Shown: piece after piece, positions 1-14,549 of the stretch
Numbering within the stretch: the stretch's first letter is position 1
Layout of the letters: every line of letters starts with the position of its first letter
DNA from: Selaginella moellendorffii
Taxonomy: Eukaryota > Plantae > Lycopodiophyta
DNA length: 57,964 bases
NCBI RefSeq assembly: GCF_000143415.4
Contig: NW_003314348.1
Coordinates: 501,593 to 559,556 of the forward strand
Reading direction: 5' to 3'
Translations under genes and position numbers: made by a program
The notes under the pieces: model-generated
What the model was told of the DNA's origin: nothing
What the model saw: only the letters and a program-made list of their open reading frames with translations
Databases searched by the model: none

Positions 1-243
1 TCACACGAGCACGAAGTAAGTTTTTGCTTAAGCCCTGCCCACTAGCCTCCTAGCATGGAGATACACACTTCCTATGTCAATTGAGGAGAAGTATAAGGCA
101 ACCTCTAAAGCATTTGCAAAGACAAGATTTTTAGAAGCAATATCACTACCCAGCTCTCATCTTGGATCTCAAACCATATTGAAAAGAATTACAAACTTAA
201 AGCTCACCTTTATATCAAGTTTTATTGTTTACATATAACTAAA

Positions 244-1176
244 TTAAAATTTATTTTTCCAAACTATAGTTTTTAAATTATTCTTATAAAATACTACTGT
301 TAAGTGTCCAGTATCTTCTATTGTTAAAATAGAATATACTAAGCATTTTGAGCAAAATACATTATTTTTCCATATAATATTTTTATTATCATCTATTATA
401 AGTAAGTGACCATCTAGTTGAAGGTGAAGATAACAAAAAATACCAGCTCTTTCTGTCATTGTAGACCATATACTTATGTTTATTTCAATATCATCAATTA
501 CTAAATTACAGTTATTTAATTTAGCTCTAAATTTGTTATTAGAAGATATTAAACTATTACTATTTATTATATGTGTACCATAAAAATATAAAGGGCCATT
601 TATTAGTTGTGCTCTATATGGCCAACACTGATTATCAATTTTAACATAATTAATATTAGGAGGTGGATTATTATCATCAGGTAAACCTTTTGGATATGGT
701 ATTTTAGGATATGCCTCATTAGGATCTCTTATAGCATTATTTTGAAGCCCAAAAAAGTCTATTGAGAAGTATCTATATACCGTTCCAATCATTCCCAAAC
801 CATATAATCTAGCATGATACTCAACTAATCTTAAAACTTGTAAGAACGTATCTCGAATATATTGGCCAGTAAATTGATAATTAGCCGGAAGTGGATTGCA
901 ATTTATAAAATTTCTAAAACCTGAAGGAATAATATAAATCCTAATCATAACTGCTTGATAACCAATACTAATAACTTCAAAAAGATAAAACCCATTATTG
1001 TTAAAAATTATTGGTTGATTAATGTCAATACTATCTATTAAACGTCTTATTCGAGCTATAATATTCCCAATATTTCGATTACTAAAATGACCAAGCCGTC
1101 CAATCCATCTTGTTTGAGGTGGTTGAGCATAGCATAAACTAGTAAATATAATTAATAAAAAGAATTTAAAAAACAT
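244..1176 (-). CDS. Secreted protein: signal peptide, unknown ~170 aa domain, C-terminal bulb-type (GNA/B-type) lectin-like domain
   Basis: Intact intronless 310 aa ORF in very AT-rich DNA. Hydrophobic N-terminus MFFKFFLLIIFTSLCYA. C-terminal LISSNNKF...NLVI...IWST...LHLQLDGHLLII...IIW...LTIEDTGHLTV..VW matches the B-lectin repeat pattern (QxDGNLVxY degenerate). Confidence 0.7.
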   Translation of the reverse strand: MFFKFFLLIIFTSLCYAQPPQTRWIGRLGHFSNRNIGNIIARIRRLIDSIDINQPIIFNNNGFYLFEVISIGYQAVMIRIYIIPSGFRNFINCNPLPANYQFTGQYIRDTFLQVLRLVEYHARLYGLGMIGTVYRYFSIDFFGLQNNAIRDPNEAYPKIPYPKGLPDDNNPPPNINYVKIDNQCWPYRAQLINGPLYFYGTHIINSNSLISSNNKFRAKLNNCNLVIDDIEINISIWSTMTERAGIFCYLHLQLDGHLLIIDDNKNIIWKNNVFCSKCLVYSILTIEDTGHLTVVFYKNNLKTIVWKNKF

Positions 1177-1893
1177 ATGGTAAGAAACTTATAGAAATAT
1201 AATATACTAGATAAGAGGAGTTTCTTATATTTTATAGTAAATATTCTGGATTATGCATAAAGTAGACTTCTTTTTATTAAAAATAATAATTAAATCTAAT
1301 CACTATTATTTTCATTTAAATATTTAATATTAATTTTTAAAGTATGTATGGATATGTTTATAATAGTATATTTAATAATAAATCTAAGATAAAGGCTTTG
1401 TGAATAATTTTTTATTTATAAATTATATTATTCTATTTTATAGAAAAGAAATTCTTTGAAAAAGAAGCATGTACTAAAACCTTGTAGTTACGCTTTCATT
1501 GTAAATCTTGGGGCACCTTTTCTGCTTCTTTGGTTGGATCCTTTGGTTTCTCATCTTTTGCTTTGACGTTCTTACATCCTTGTTGTCTGTAAGAGAGCAA
1601 AATGAAAAAGGAACTTCCATTCGATGACTGATGTCTGATGTTTATTTTTTAATTTGTGAGCGGGTGCTCAATGGAGGCGTCCAAAATGATACATCGGTTT
1701 CTTCGAGAGAGATGGCAAATCTACAAACGAAGGCAGGCTGGTTTGATAAGGAGGCGTAAGATTGTGTCTCAGTTTTCTTGCACAAGGAGTTTGACAAGGT
1801 GGATGCTGGTATCAAGACGGCGCTGCTAGGTTTCTTGAACAAAGAGATGTTATAGTTTCTAGCATGCTTGTTGAACATTTCAATATATGCTGA

Positions 1894-4022
<2,129 letters not shown>

Positions 4023-4149
4023 GAGCTCTACTGTACGGTACAGTGTGTTGTATGTACAAGTATGTAAAAACTAGCTTGCCAAGTGGCGACCTTTTATTTG
4101 GCAACAAAGCGGGCTTTCCCTCTTCTTCGGAATCAGTAGAGCTGCTGGC

Positions 4150-4157
4150 TAGGGTTT
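4150..4157 (-). promoter_or_regulatory. Telo-box (AAACCCTA) just upstream of the NASP ATG
   Basis: TAGGGTTT exact match. Similar boxes occur at 5976-5983 and 36173-36180. Confidence 0.45.
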
Positions 4158-4163
4158 GGAGCG

Positions 4164-5668
4164 ATGGTGCCCGAGGCTGCGACTGGCGGGGAGGAGGCGG
4201 AGGTGCCTCTCAGCGATGGCGGCGCAGCTATGGACGAGGTAAATGCCGCTGCTCCTGCGCCTGAGGAAGACGAAGGAAAGGAAGAGAATGCAGAGAACGG
4301 GGAGGAAGAGGAACAAGAAGCCACAGTGGAGAATGCCGCGAAGCTGTTTGAGTCGGGATGCAATGCTCTCAAGGCTGGAGATTTAGAGAGCGCATCAAAT
4401 GATCTCTGCAAGGCGCTAGAAATGAGGTACTCTTGTGGAGAGAGAATGCTTGTAGTGCTTTTCTTTTTGTGGTTTCTATTTCTTTTCAGGGTGATGCTTC
4501 ACGGCGAGCTTGCTCCAGAGTGTGCATCGGCTTACTACAAGTATGGGTCGTGTCTTCTCTACAAGGTTCAAGCGGAGAGGGATATTTTCTCCGAGGCTAC
4601 TCCGGCTAAGGAGAAAGGAGTAACGATTTCTGAGCCAGCAGAAGCGGAAGAAGGTTAGTTTCTCTTTTATTCTTTTTAAGCGCTGTGATATAACTTAGGA
4701 AATGTTCTGCAGAGAGCAATGAAGCAGAGGAGAAAGTCGAAGGAGAAGACGGTGAAGATATCCAGGAAGAAGAGGAGTCTGATTTGGAGCTAGCCTGGAA
4801 GATGATGGACATTGCACGGGTGATCCACGAAAGGCAACACACGCACACTTTGGAGGAGGTGGATGTAATCTCTGGCCTGGCTGACATAAGTCTCGAGAAA
4901 GGTTGGTGACCAGATGCTGTTAGCTGTGGGAACTAAACCTTTGCATTGTTCCTTTCAGAGGATTTTCAAACTTGTTTGGATGACTACAGCAAAGCACTGG
5001 AAATTCTCAAGGGACTCGTGGAGCCCGATAATCGTCAACTGGCAGAGCTGTATGCTACTGATGAGACTTTGGTGTTAACCTTGACCCTCTCTTGACAGAT
5101 ATTTTAAGATGGCTCTAGCGAAGCAGCTCTCGAAAGCGCCCAAAGAAGCGATCGAGTGCTGTCACCTGGCTGTGGCTGTTTGCGAGAACCGCTTAGAAAG
5201 GCTCAAAGGAGAGGTCACTTGTCGAGATGAGGAGATCAAAGAAATGGAATCGCTGCTTGTCGATCTAAAAGAAAAGGTATCGTGGTACGAGCATTGCTTG
5301 TTTTCTCATCCTTGATTTTGTCTGTGACACAGGTGGACGAGCTGCATCAAATGGCTGCCGCTCCTCCACTCTTGGAAGTCTTGGAAGCGGAGAACCCTGT
5401 AGTGGCGGAGACTGTGAAGCAGACATTCATGGCCGTGGCTGACATGGCGAGCAATGGAAGCAAGGCGCCGATGGAGACGACAACAACAACAATGACAACT
5501 CCCTCCACTTCCAAGGACGCGGTAATAAATCTGGGAGTTGTGGGACGAGGGATCAAACGTGCTACTCCAGTCCTGATCACTGACAATGGAAGCGTCGCCA
5601 AAGTTTCAAAGGCATTCGAGGGAGACATGGCATCCGCTGGAGATGGATCATCGAAAAAGGCAGACTAG
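4164..5668 (+). CDS. NASP: NASP-like histone chaperone (SHNi-TPR)
   Basis: HGELAPECASAYYKYGSCLLYK, ESDLELAWKMMDIARVI, acidic tracts, C-terminal NLGVVGRGIKR motif. Multi-exon. Confidence 0.85.
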
Positions 5669-5975
5669 TCTTCCATCGACTTCATAACGTTGAGAAGGTA
5701 CTCAACTTAAAGCTTTGTCTCTAATCCTTATAATCTTTTATTTTGCAGTACCAAACGATGCCTTTTGGAAGAGAAAGAGACACTCCAATTGCAAGCAAAA
5801 AATTGTTTTTTTCAACTGAGTGAAGCTCATAGCCAAGACCAAGGAATTTTACTTGTCTCGAGAAGAGAGGAGAAGTCTGTGACAATGTCAATACGTGGAA
5901 GAAAGCAAACAAACGAGAAGCCACGTAGCTATGCACGTTTGAAAAAATATGCCACAAGAGCCCTAAAAGGGTATC

Positions 5976-5983
5976 TAGGGTTT
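5976..5983 (-). promoter_or_regulatory. Telo-box upstream of the BPA1-like gene
   Basis: TAGGGTTT exact match ~55 bp before the ATG. Confidence 0.45.
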
Positions 5984-6038
5984 AGGAGTTCTTCCTTCCA
6001 TTCGGCGTTGGTTCGTGGAGCTGGATCTGGCGCGCGCA

Positions 6039-7048
6039 ATGGCGGTAACCAGAAATCTTGCAGCTAGAGAGCATTGTCGTGCTATATGGGAAATTCGCCT
6101 TGCAGAATAACACCGTCCGTGTCACAAATCTCTCGATCAGAGCCACCCAGCAGGACATCCTCAACTTCTTCTCCTTCTCCGGAGAGATCCAAAACGTCGA
6201 GCTTGAGAGGCAACATTTCTTTCTCTTCTCGAACTTTTGTGGGAAATTTTCTTTTTTCGCAGGGATGGAGAAGCCTCCCAGGTCGCCCATGTAACATTCA
6301 AAGACCCTGACGCTGTGGACACTGCACTCTTGTTGTCTGTAAGTCTCGATTCTCGGCTCCGATTCCTTTGTTTTCATTTTTTTTGTTCCACAGGGCGCTA
6401 CAATCGTCGATCAATCTGTGCTAATCGCTCCCGTGGAAGACTGGACGCCATCGAACCAAGTGGTATTTCTCCCAGCTTTTAGCAACTTTTCTTCCATTCT
6501 CTCACATTTTTCCAACTCAGGCTGGATCATCCGTTCCCGAGAACAAAGCCCAGGCCGTGATCACCACCATGCTCGCCAAAGGCTTCGTTCTCGGCAAGGA
6601 CGCCATGGGAAAGGCCAAAGCTTTCGACGACAAGCACCGCTTCACGGCAAGCGCAACCGCGACGATGGCCGACATCGACAAGAAGATTGGCTTCCGAGAG
6701 AAGATCAACGCCGGGACAGCGGCGGTGAATCAAGGTGTCCGAGCAGTGGATCAAAAGTTCCAGGTCTCGGAGAAGACGAAGACGGCCTTCACCACGGCCG
6801 AGCAAAAGATGTCGAGCGCCGGGTCGGCCTTGATGAAGAACAAGTATATCTTCACCGGGGCGAGCTGGGTGACCGGAGCATTCAACAAGGTGGCCAAGGC
6901 AGCCAACGATGTGTCGCAGAAAACCAAGGAGAAGGTCGAGAAGGAGGAGCAAGTTGGGGGGATCAAACGCCAGCCCAGTGGCGATTCTACCCCGAGAACT
7001 GCCGAGCTCTTCCCGGATGAAGCCATGCCTCAAGCTCATCACCTTTGA
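6039..7048 (+). CDS. RRM protein, binding partner of ACD11 (BPA1/BPL family)
   Basis: TVRVTNLSIRATQQDILNFFSFSGEI, AHVTFKDPDAVDTALLLSGATIVDQ, MLAKGFVLGKDA...KAFDDKH. 2-codon first exon ATG GCG|gt at 6039. Confidence 0.85.
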
Positions 7049-7211
7049 TTCTTGTAGTGGCCTCTCTCCTTTCTCTCTTCTTTCGCTTTATTTTTTCTTG
7101 CTCGCAAGCTTCCTTCCATTTCTATGTAAACTTGTCAAATATATATTGTCTCTTTGTTTATAGCAATTCATAGTTCCTTGGTTTGGGACTTGGAAAATTT
7201 AGGGCTCGCCG

Positions 7212-10200
7212 ATGGGGAGGGGAGCCAGTGGCATAGCTGGGGGTATTCGTCGAGCTCGATCGCGGCTGGGGCGATTTCGATCGGATCGCAAGAATGCAGC
7301 GACGGTGGCAGTGGCTGAGGATTTGGCTGCACGGGATTCAGCAGCTAGACGTAGGGTTAGGGCGCTTTCACCGCTCCAAGTGGTGTCGTCGTGGCCGCAG
7401 AGGCGCTGGGGGGCTCTGGGCGGGAAGAGCCAGCGATTTGGAGCGAATCCAGGTACTGCATTTCAGCAGTGTGGTGTGCGGTGTTTTGCGAGCTCCGGGG
7501 AGCTAGAGGGCGATGAGGATTCCGCCCAAGCATCCGAGTCGTCTTCGTCGGAAGACGAGGCTGTAGAGGAAGCAGGCTCTTCGAGGGATCAACCGGGTAA
7601 GAGCGAGGCGGCGGCGGCGAAGGAAGATGTCAAGAAGAAAGAAAAAGAGAAGAAGAGCAAAGAGGAGGAAGAGGCGGCCTTCCAAGCTATGAAGGCCAGG
7701 TTTCGCAAGGAGTTCGAGAGCAGGATTGTCAAGAACGAGAATCTGGAAGTCAAGAGTAAAGATCTTGAGGTGTCGCTAGACGGTTTTTCTTACTACCTCG
7801 AGTAAGTGATTCTTTGCTTTGGTTTCATGCTTGCGTAACAATTTTTCTCCATTTGTAGCACAAACACGCGGGAGTTACTCCTTGATTGTTCTATGGCTCA
7901 TCTCCGTCAACCAGAGTTTATGGAATATAGCCAAGGACTGCCGTCTTCAAGCCAGAGGATCCTTTTGCATGGACCTTCGGGTATGTATGTATTTTCAGGT
8001 GCTAGCAGCGTCTAAATTGTGATCTTTCCAGGCTCTCAGATTTACCAAGAGCAGCTAGTCAAGTCACTTGCACACAAACTCGACGCTTCTTTTCTTACTT
8101 TAGACAGCACTATTCTCTCTCCTCATGTAAGTTCTCTTTTCTTTCTCCATGGACTTCACCACCTCTTTTATCTAGGATTATGGCGATCAGGACGTGTCTG
8201 GAGAATCCGAGCTAGACCACGAAAGCCGGGGACGTGAGTCGAGATGGACAGACAATGAGTCTGATCAAGATGCAAGTGATGAAGAAGACGACAATGACGG
8301 AAGCGATAGCGAAGAGCCATATCGCATTTGTGCGCTGCTTGAGGTTGCAGAAGCAAGCTACAAGCACAAGCACGAGGTAGCTTTAAAGTCTTATGTTCTT
8401 TTATCGTCTTACGTTATCCCTAGATTCAAAAGGGTTCCGTGGGGTCTACAGATCAGCAAGAAGAATCTGGTTCAGCGCCTCAGATAAAGTTGAAGAAAGG
8501 TATTCATGCCTGGTGGTTAATTTCTCAGCTTTTTTATTTTAATTCCTGCAGGAGATCGTGTGAGATTTGTTGGAAGTACAGAGTCGAGAGGGGCTAAGAA
8601 AAGGTTAATAGATGTCCTGAAAGTTTCTGTTTGTCAGCTGACGAGAATCATGTGATGTTTCTCATGTTTTTGTCAGACAGTCTTTGAAGAAGGGCCAAAG
8701 AGGCTGGGTTATTTCTACACCGAAGGGCCTTTCAAACAATGTTGGGGTACGATTCATTAGCTCTGAAAAGAGAGCAGAACATTTTGGCAGAAGTTCTGAT
8801 GAATCAGCTACAAGTTTTGTAAATTGGTGTCACTGTAAGTTACGCTGGCTTTTTGTTATTGCTCTCTGATATGGAATGCTGACAGTAACGGAACTAGAGC
8901 TTGATGATGGTCCGGTAGCTTGCGCAGCAGATGAGTGGGTTGCGGCCCTTGAAGCACTGGCAGAGGTATTTTATAAATCTTTTAATAACAGTTTCGCTCA
9001 ATTGAGAAATATCAGGTGTCAGAGAGTTACAAGCCTTTAGTGGTCTACATTCCCGATCCTGAAATCTGGTTTGAGAGGGCTGTGCCATTGGCTCAAAGAC
9101 GAGTATTTCTCGAGCAAGTTGAAGAGCGGCTGGATAAGATTTCCGGCGCCGTTGTTCTTATTGCGTCAAGATCAAATGATGATCCTGAGTTTGAGAGAAG
9201 ATCAAAACTGGTAAATAGTAGCCATTTTGCCAGTAGCCATTTTGTCTGATTTCTCTATGCAGGCGAAGTCTTGTTCTAAGTGGCGAAACCATACCGTTAA
9301 TTTGGAAGACATATATCATCTATTTGTAAACACAGTCAACATATATCCACCTCAAGTAAGGTTTTGGTATTAGACTGCAGTGCTTATCTATGACGGTATA
9401 GGACGAAAAGAGCTTTGAGGAATGGAAGCAGCGACTTGAGCACGATAAGACGATATACGCATCTAGAAAAAGTATTCAGAGAATCCAGAAGGTATTGTTT
9501 GTTTTTTTATTCTTTCTTACCGAATTCTATTACAATTTCAGGTACTCGAACTCCACAACTTGGAGTGTCAAAGTTTACCAATTTTGAACACCTTAGAACT
9601 TTATCTGCCACTTGCCCGTAAGTAACGCGATTTTTATTTTTATTTTTATTTTTTTATTTTTTCATAGCTCACTGGTACTTATTAGGAATTGAGAAAGCTG
9701 TCGGATGGGCTCTCAACCACTACCTCAGTTCTTGCAGCGCATCTCCATCCATAGATAACGGGAAGCTTTCTATCCCCTTGCAGAGGTAAATTGGTACTCT
9801 TTTGATGGTATATAACTCTGGCGTTTACAGCCTTGAAAGAGCTCTTGCGATGCTAAAGGCTCAAGACGGGAGAAAAGTACCCGCAACACCTACTAAGGGA
9901 CTAAATCTAACTGTATGCGTCGAGATTTCGTGCAATTTTGTTATGTTTTAATTGTATTTTACGTACAGACTGTAGCGGAAGACGAGTACGAGAAGGCGCT
10001 TATCTCGTCTGTCATTCCAAGCGGTGAAATTGGCGTTTTGTTCACTGATGTTGGTGCACTTGAAGATGTCAAGAAAGCGCTTCAAGAGCTTGTCATTCTT
10101 CCATTGCAAAGGCCAGAACTCTTCAAAAGAGGAAATTTGACAAAGGTAATCAAGTTATGCTACAAAAATGTTAGGCCTAAGAATTTTCTACTTTCAGCCA

Positions 10201-11258
10201 TGCAGGGGAGTGCTCTTGTTTGGACCACCTGGAACCGGCAAAACACTCCTTGCCAAGGCTGTTGCCACGGAAGCGGGAGCCAATTTCATAAGTATTACGA
10301 GCTCGACCATCTCTTCGAAGGTATGCAACATTTCTCCAAATTTCCTTAGGAAACCAATTTTGCTGTTTTACAGTGGTTTGGGGACGCCGAGAAACTAACG
10401 AAGGCACTTTTCTCCCTTGCGAAAAAATTGTCACCGACGGTTGTCTTCGTGGATGAGGTCGATAGCCTTCTGGGTGCAAGAGGTGGAAGCTCAGAACATG
10501 AGGTCACCCGGCGTGTGAAGAACGAGTTTATGGCTGCTTGGGACGGTCTTCGGACCAAAGACGATGAGCGCATCATCGTTTTGGCGGCAACAAATCGCCC
10601 GTTCGACCTTGATGATGCAGTCATACGACGTTTACCACGGAGGTGAGCAATGTCGTATACATTTTCTGATGACGATCTAAGTATCTTGCCACAGGATTTT
10701 AATCGACCTTCCACAAGCATCAAGCCGAGTGAAGATACTTGGAGCTATTTTATCGAAAGAGAACCTGGAAGCGAATTTTGACATGATAGAGCTGGCAAAG
10801 ATGACGGAAGGTTACTCTGGAAGCGACCTCAAGGTAAAAACTCGAGATCGCCACTGGTAAATGACACTTCTTTGTCGCAGAACTTGTCGATCGCAGCAGC
10901 CTATAGGCCCATCCGCGAGTTTTTGGGAAAAGAGAGCGAGGTAATTAGCATTTAACACTTCTCCAAGGCTGACTTGTCTTACTTTGAGCTACTTTGAGCA
11001 GCTGAAGCAGCAAGGCATTTGTATCAATGGAGAAACAGTACAATCGATGTTGCGACCGATAACTCTAGATGATTTCCGGCAATCGATGACACAGGTACGT
11101 AAGACTCTTCACGATCTGGACTGAAGTTTCACGCTTTTTCTCAGGTGTGTGCCTCTGTAGCGTTTGATGCATTGAGTATGAACGAGCTCAGGCATTGGAA
11201 CGAGCAATATGGCGAGGGAGGAAGTAGAAAGAAGAGGAACTTTGGATTTATGATATAG
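7212..11258 (+). CDS. Plant long MSP1/ATAD1-type AAA+ ATPase, probably organelle-targeted
   Basis: Walker A GPPGTGKT, Walker [32 protein letters not shown]-terminal [18 protein letters not shown]. Arg/Ala-rich N-terminus, many short introns. Confidence 0.88.
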
Positions 11259-11465
11259 TCGCGAGTATAGAGACACAGGAAATCTCTTGTAACATAGCAT
11301 GTTTTTGTCTGACGGAAGAGAGCTAGATTGATAAGAGTATCGGACGGCTCTTGTTGTGGATACCATCCTCATCCCTTGTGATATTTTGCAGCACATCGTG
11401 CGGCCGAGGATGCGCCACGTGGCAGTGTGGCCTTAGTTTATTTCAGTTCATCGTTTTTATTTTAC

Positions 11466-14200
11466 ATGGCCATGGAGCTCGGAAGAGCGACCATGGTGCT
11501 CGGCGGTGCGTCCGCCAGCACGGATTTCTCGCGATTGATGAGCGTAAGCTCCACCAGCGCGAGCGCATTGGATAGGGTTTGGAGGCGCGGCAGGAGCGCC
11601 TTGGAATGGCGTGGCGGTAGCAATCGGCGGAGGCGAGAGGTATGAAATTCGAGCTCCCGAGAGAAAATGTGGGGATTCTTCGTCTAACATCGCTCTGGTT
11701 TTTGTAGAGAGCCTGGCTGCGAGCGATTGATTGCTGGGAGAGTAGCTTGAGACGTCGGGGGTCACACTGGAAGGTATCGGCAGTGTCCACGTCTGTGAAA
11801 GAAATAGCCCAGGAGGTAGAGTCTTCTTCTTTGCCTTTCAATTTTCTCGAGGAGGATGATAGTGAGAAGGCAACCTCAAAGAAAGGCAAGGGCGGCACCA
11901 CAGGGGCGTCGTCAGTGTCTTCCGGCGTTAGGCTGGAACACATTAGCAAAACTTTCAAAGGCACTGCTCTACTCAGAGATATCAACTGGGAGGTGAAGAA
12001 AGGAGAGAAAGTTGGGCTGGTTGGAATCAATGGAGCTGGAAAAACTACGCAATTGAAGATTATATCAGGGGAAGAACAGCCAGATTCTGGGACTGTGCTT
12101 AAGGCCAAGCCGAACATGAAGATCGCGTTTCTCACGCAGGAGTTTGAGGTGGTTCCGACCAGAACTTTGAGGGAGGAGTTCCTCAGCGCTTTCAAGGAGC
12201 AAATGGAGATATCGAGGAGGATTGAGCAAGTCCAAAAGGCTCTCGAGACCGCCACCGAGGACATGGCGTTGATGGGGAAGTTGCTGGACGAACTAGACAA
12301 GCTCCAAAAGAAGGCCGAGGCGACTGATCTCTACGACGTCGACGTGAAAGTGAACAAAGTTATGCCGGAGCTGGGATTCTCGCAAGATGATAATGATCGC
12401 TTGGTGGCATCGTACAGTGGAGGGTGGCAAATGCGTATGTCACTGGGTAAGATCTTACTCCAGGTATGCTTTCAAGTGTTCTTTTCTCCTTTCTGTTCCT
12501 CAAGACAAGTTCAACTTCCAGGAACCTGATCTCTTACTTCTGGACGAGCCGACGAATCATTTGGACATGGACACAATTGAGTGGCTTGAAGGCTATTTGA
12601 AAAAGATCGAGGTGCCCATGGTGGTTGTCTCTCACGACCGAGCTTTCCTGGATCAGCTGTGTACGAAAATTGTAGAGACGGACATGGGAGTGTCGAGAAC
12701 ATACGAAGGAAACTACAGTAACTACGTGCAGGCCAGAACGACGTGGGCTGCAGAACAGGAGATGAAGTGGAGAAAGCAGCAAAAGGAAATAGCTCAAGCC
12801 AAGGAAAATGTTAGCAGTGCTAACAGTGGACAGGCAACATCAGCTAAACGGGTACATTTTGACGTCCTTTCTCGATGGTCTCAAGTAACCCGCGTTTTTA
12901 TTTCTTTTGCAGCAACTTGAAAAGATTCAAGAGAAGGATCTTGTGGAAAAGCCTTTTGAGCACAAGTCGATAAGGTTTCGTTTTCCTGAAGCTGGACGGA
13001 GTGGTCGCATGGTTGCTAGTGTAAAAGATCTCACCCTCCAGTACGGGGAAAAGGTTAGCTTTCTTTTTTATTTGTATCATCCCGTGCTCATCAGTCTCGC
13101 TTTGTGTGCAGGTTTTGTTCAAAAAGGCAAACATGAATGTGGAAAGAGGCGAGAAACTGGCAATTATAGGTCCAAATGGTTGTGGCAAGAGCACCTTACT
13201 GCGCCTGATTCTGGGTTATGAGAAACCAACCCGTGGAGATATAACTCTCGGCGAGCATCGAGTTGTACCCAACTACTTTGAGCAGAATCAGGTTCTTTGG
13301 TTCTTCTCCCAGCGAAGAAATGGCTTCTCACTGTTAGTGATGCCAGGCTGAGGCATTGGATCTTAACAAAACGGTCTTGGAAACAGTGGAAGAAGTAGCC
13401 GAGGACTGGAGGCTCGACGACATCAAAGGCCTGCTTGGAAAGTGCAACTTCAAGGCTGAGATGTTTCCCAGGAAAGCGGCCTTTTTGAGTGGAGGCGAAA
13501 AGGTGACAAGTGCTTTTTACCAGTTTGTTCCGCCATTAATACTTCCTTGACAGGCTCGGTTGGCATTTTGCAAATTCATGGTCAAGCCTTCGACTTTGCT
13601 CGTACTGGACGAGCCTACAAACCACCTTGACATCCCTACGAAAGAAATGCTGGAGGTATGAAAGCTAATCGTGCCTTGAGGACCGGCAGTAACGAGCTGA
13701 TGGTTTTCCAACTCGCAGGAGGCTCTGAGAGAATACCACGGCACGGTTCTCGTCGTCTCGCACGATCGCTACTTTGTGCGGCAGATTGTCAACAGAGTCG
13801 TGGAAGTGAAGAACGGACGACTGGAAGACTACAACGGAGACTACAACGTAAGCATCTCTAATTCTCGCATTGCTCCTCACACACTGCTCTTCTTTGGCAG
13901 TACTATCTCGAAAAGAACTTGGAGGCACGGAGAAAGGAGCTCGAGAGGGAGCAAGAGCTGGAAGGCAAGGCCCCGTTAGTGAAAGCCAAGTCCAAGATGT
14001 CCAAGGTACCTTGACTCTTTACTTAAAATCAAACTAAAACACATTAGGACGACTAAGAACGATTCAAAGCTTTCGTCTAAAACTTCTCTTGTTCGTTGTT
14101 CCAGGCTGAGAAAGAACTCCAGAAGAAACAAAAGGCCCAATCGTACCAGCAGAAAAACTCCAAAGGAAAGTTGTCAAAGAATTCCAAGCGCTGGAATTAA
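11466..14200 (+). CDS. ABCF5: ABC-F family ATPase, plastid-type (ABCF5-like)
   Basis: Two NBDs without TM segments (GINGAGKT, SGGWQMR, LLDEPTNHLD; GPNGCGKST, LSGGEK, LDEPTNHLD). Transit-peptide-like N-terminus; ends KRWN*. Confidence 0.88.
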
Positions 14201-14549
14201 TAGAGTCAATTCCTTTGTACAGGATCGAGCCAATCAATCAAACTGTAGTTATCTAAGTGTAATCATGTTTATACTTAACCGAGCAATAGCTTTAGGGTTC
14301 TTGAGTGTCAATTTTAAACTAGCAAAATAGGGTTCTTGAGAGTGGTGGTCCACGCGGAGCGCACTGTGGACGGCGACAAAAGAGGTTGAATTGGCGCTTG
14401 TTCCTTTCGAGCCGGCGGGTAAGATGTGAGATTATGGGAATTGGAGGCCAGGCGAGGCCAGTCAACTCCGATTTGCGGAATAATTTGGGGACAAAACGAA
14501 ATGCAGCAGTGGCACGCGGGCGCTGGCGATGCTGCTCGCCTAGATCCGC

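Noticed and set aside
1642-1878. Short minus-strand ORF upstream of SnRK1
   Set aside because: No motif. It probably lies in the SnRK1 5' UTR or intron region.
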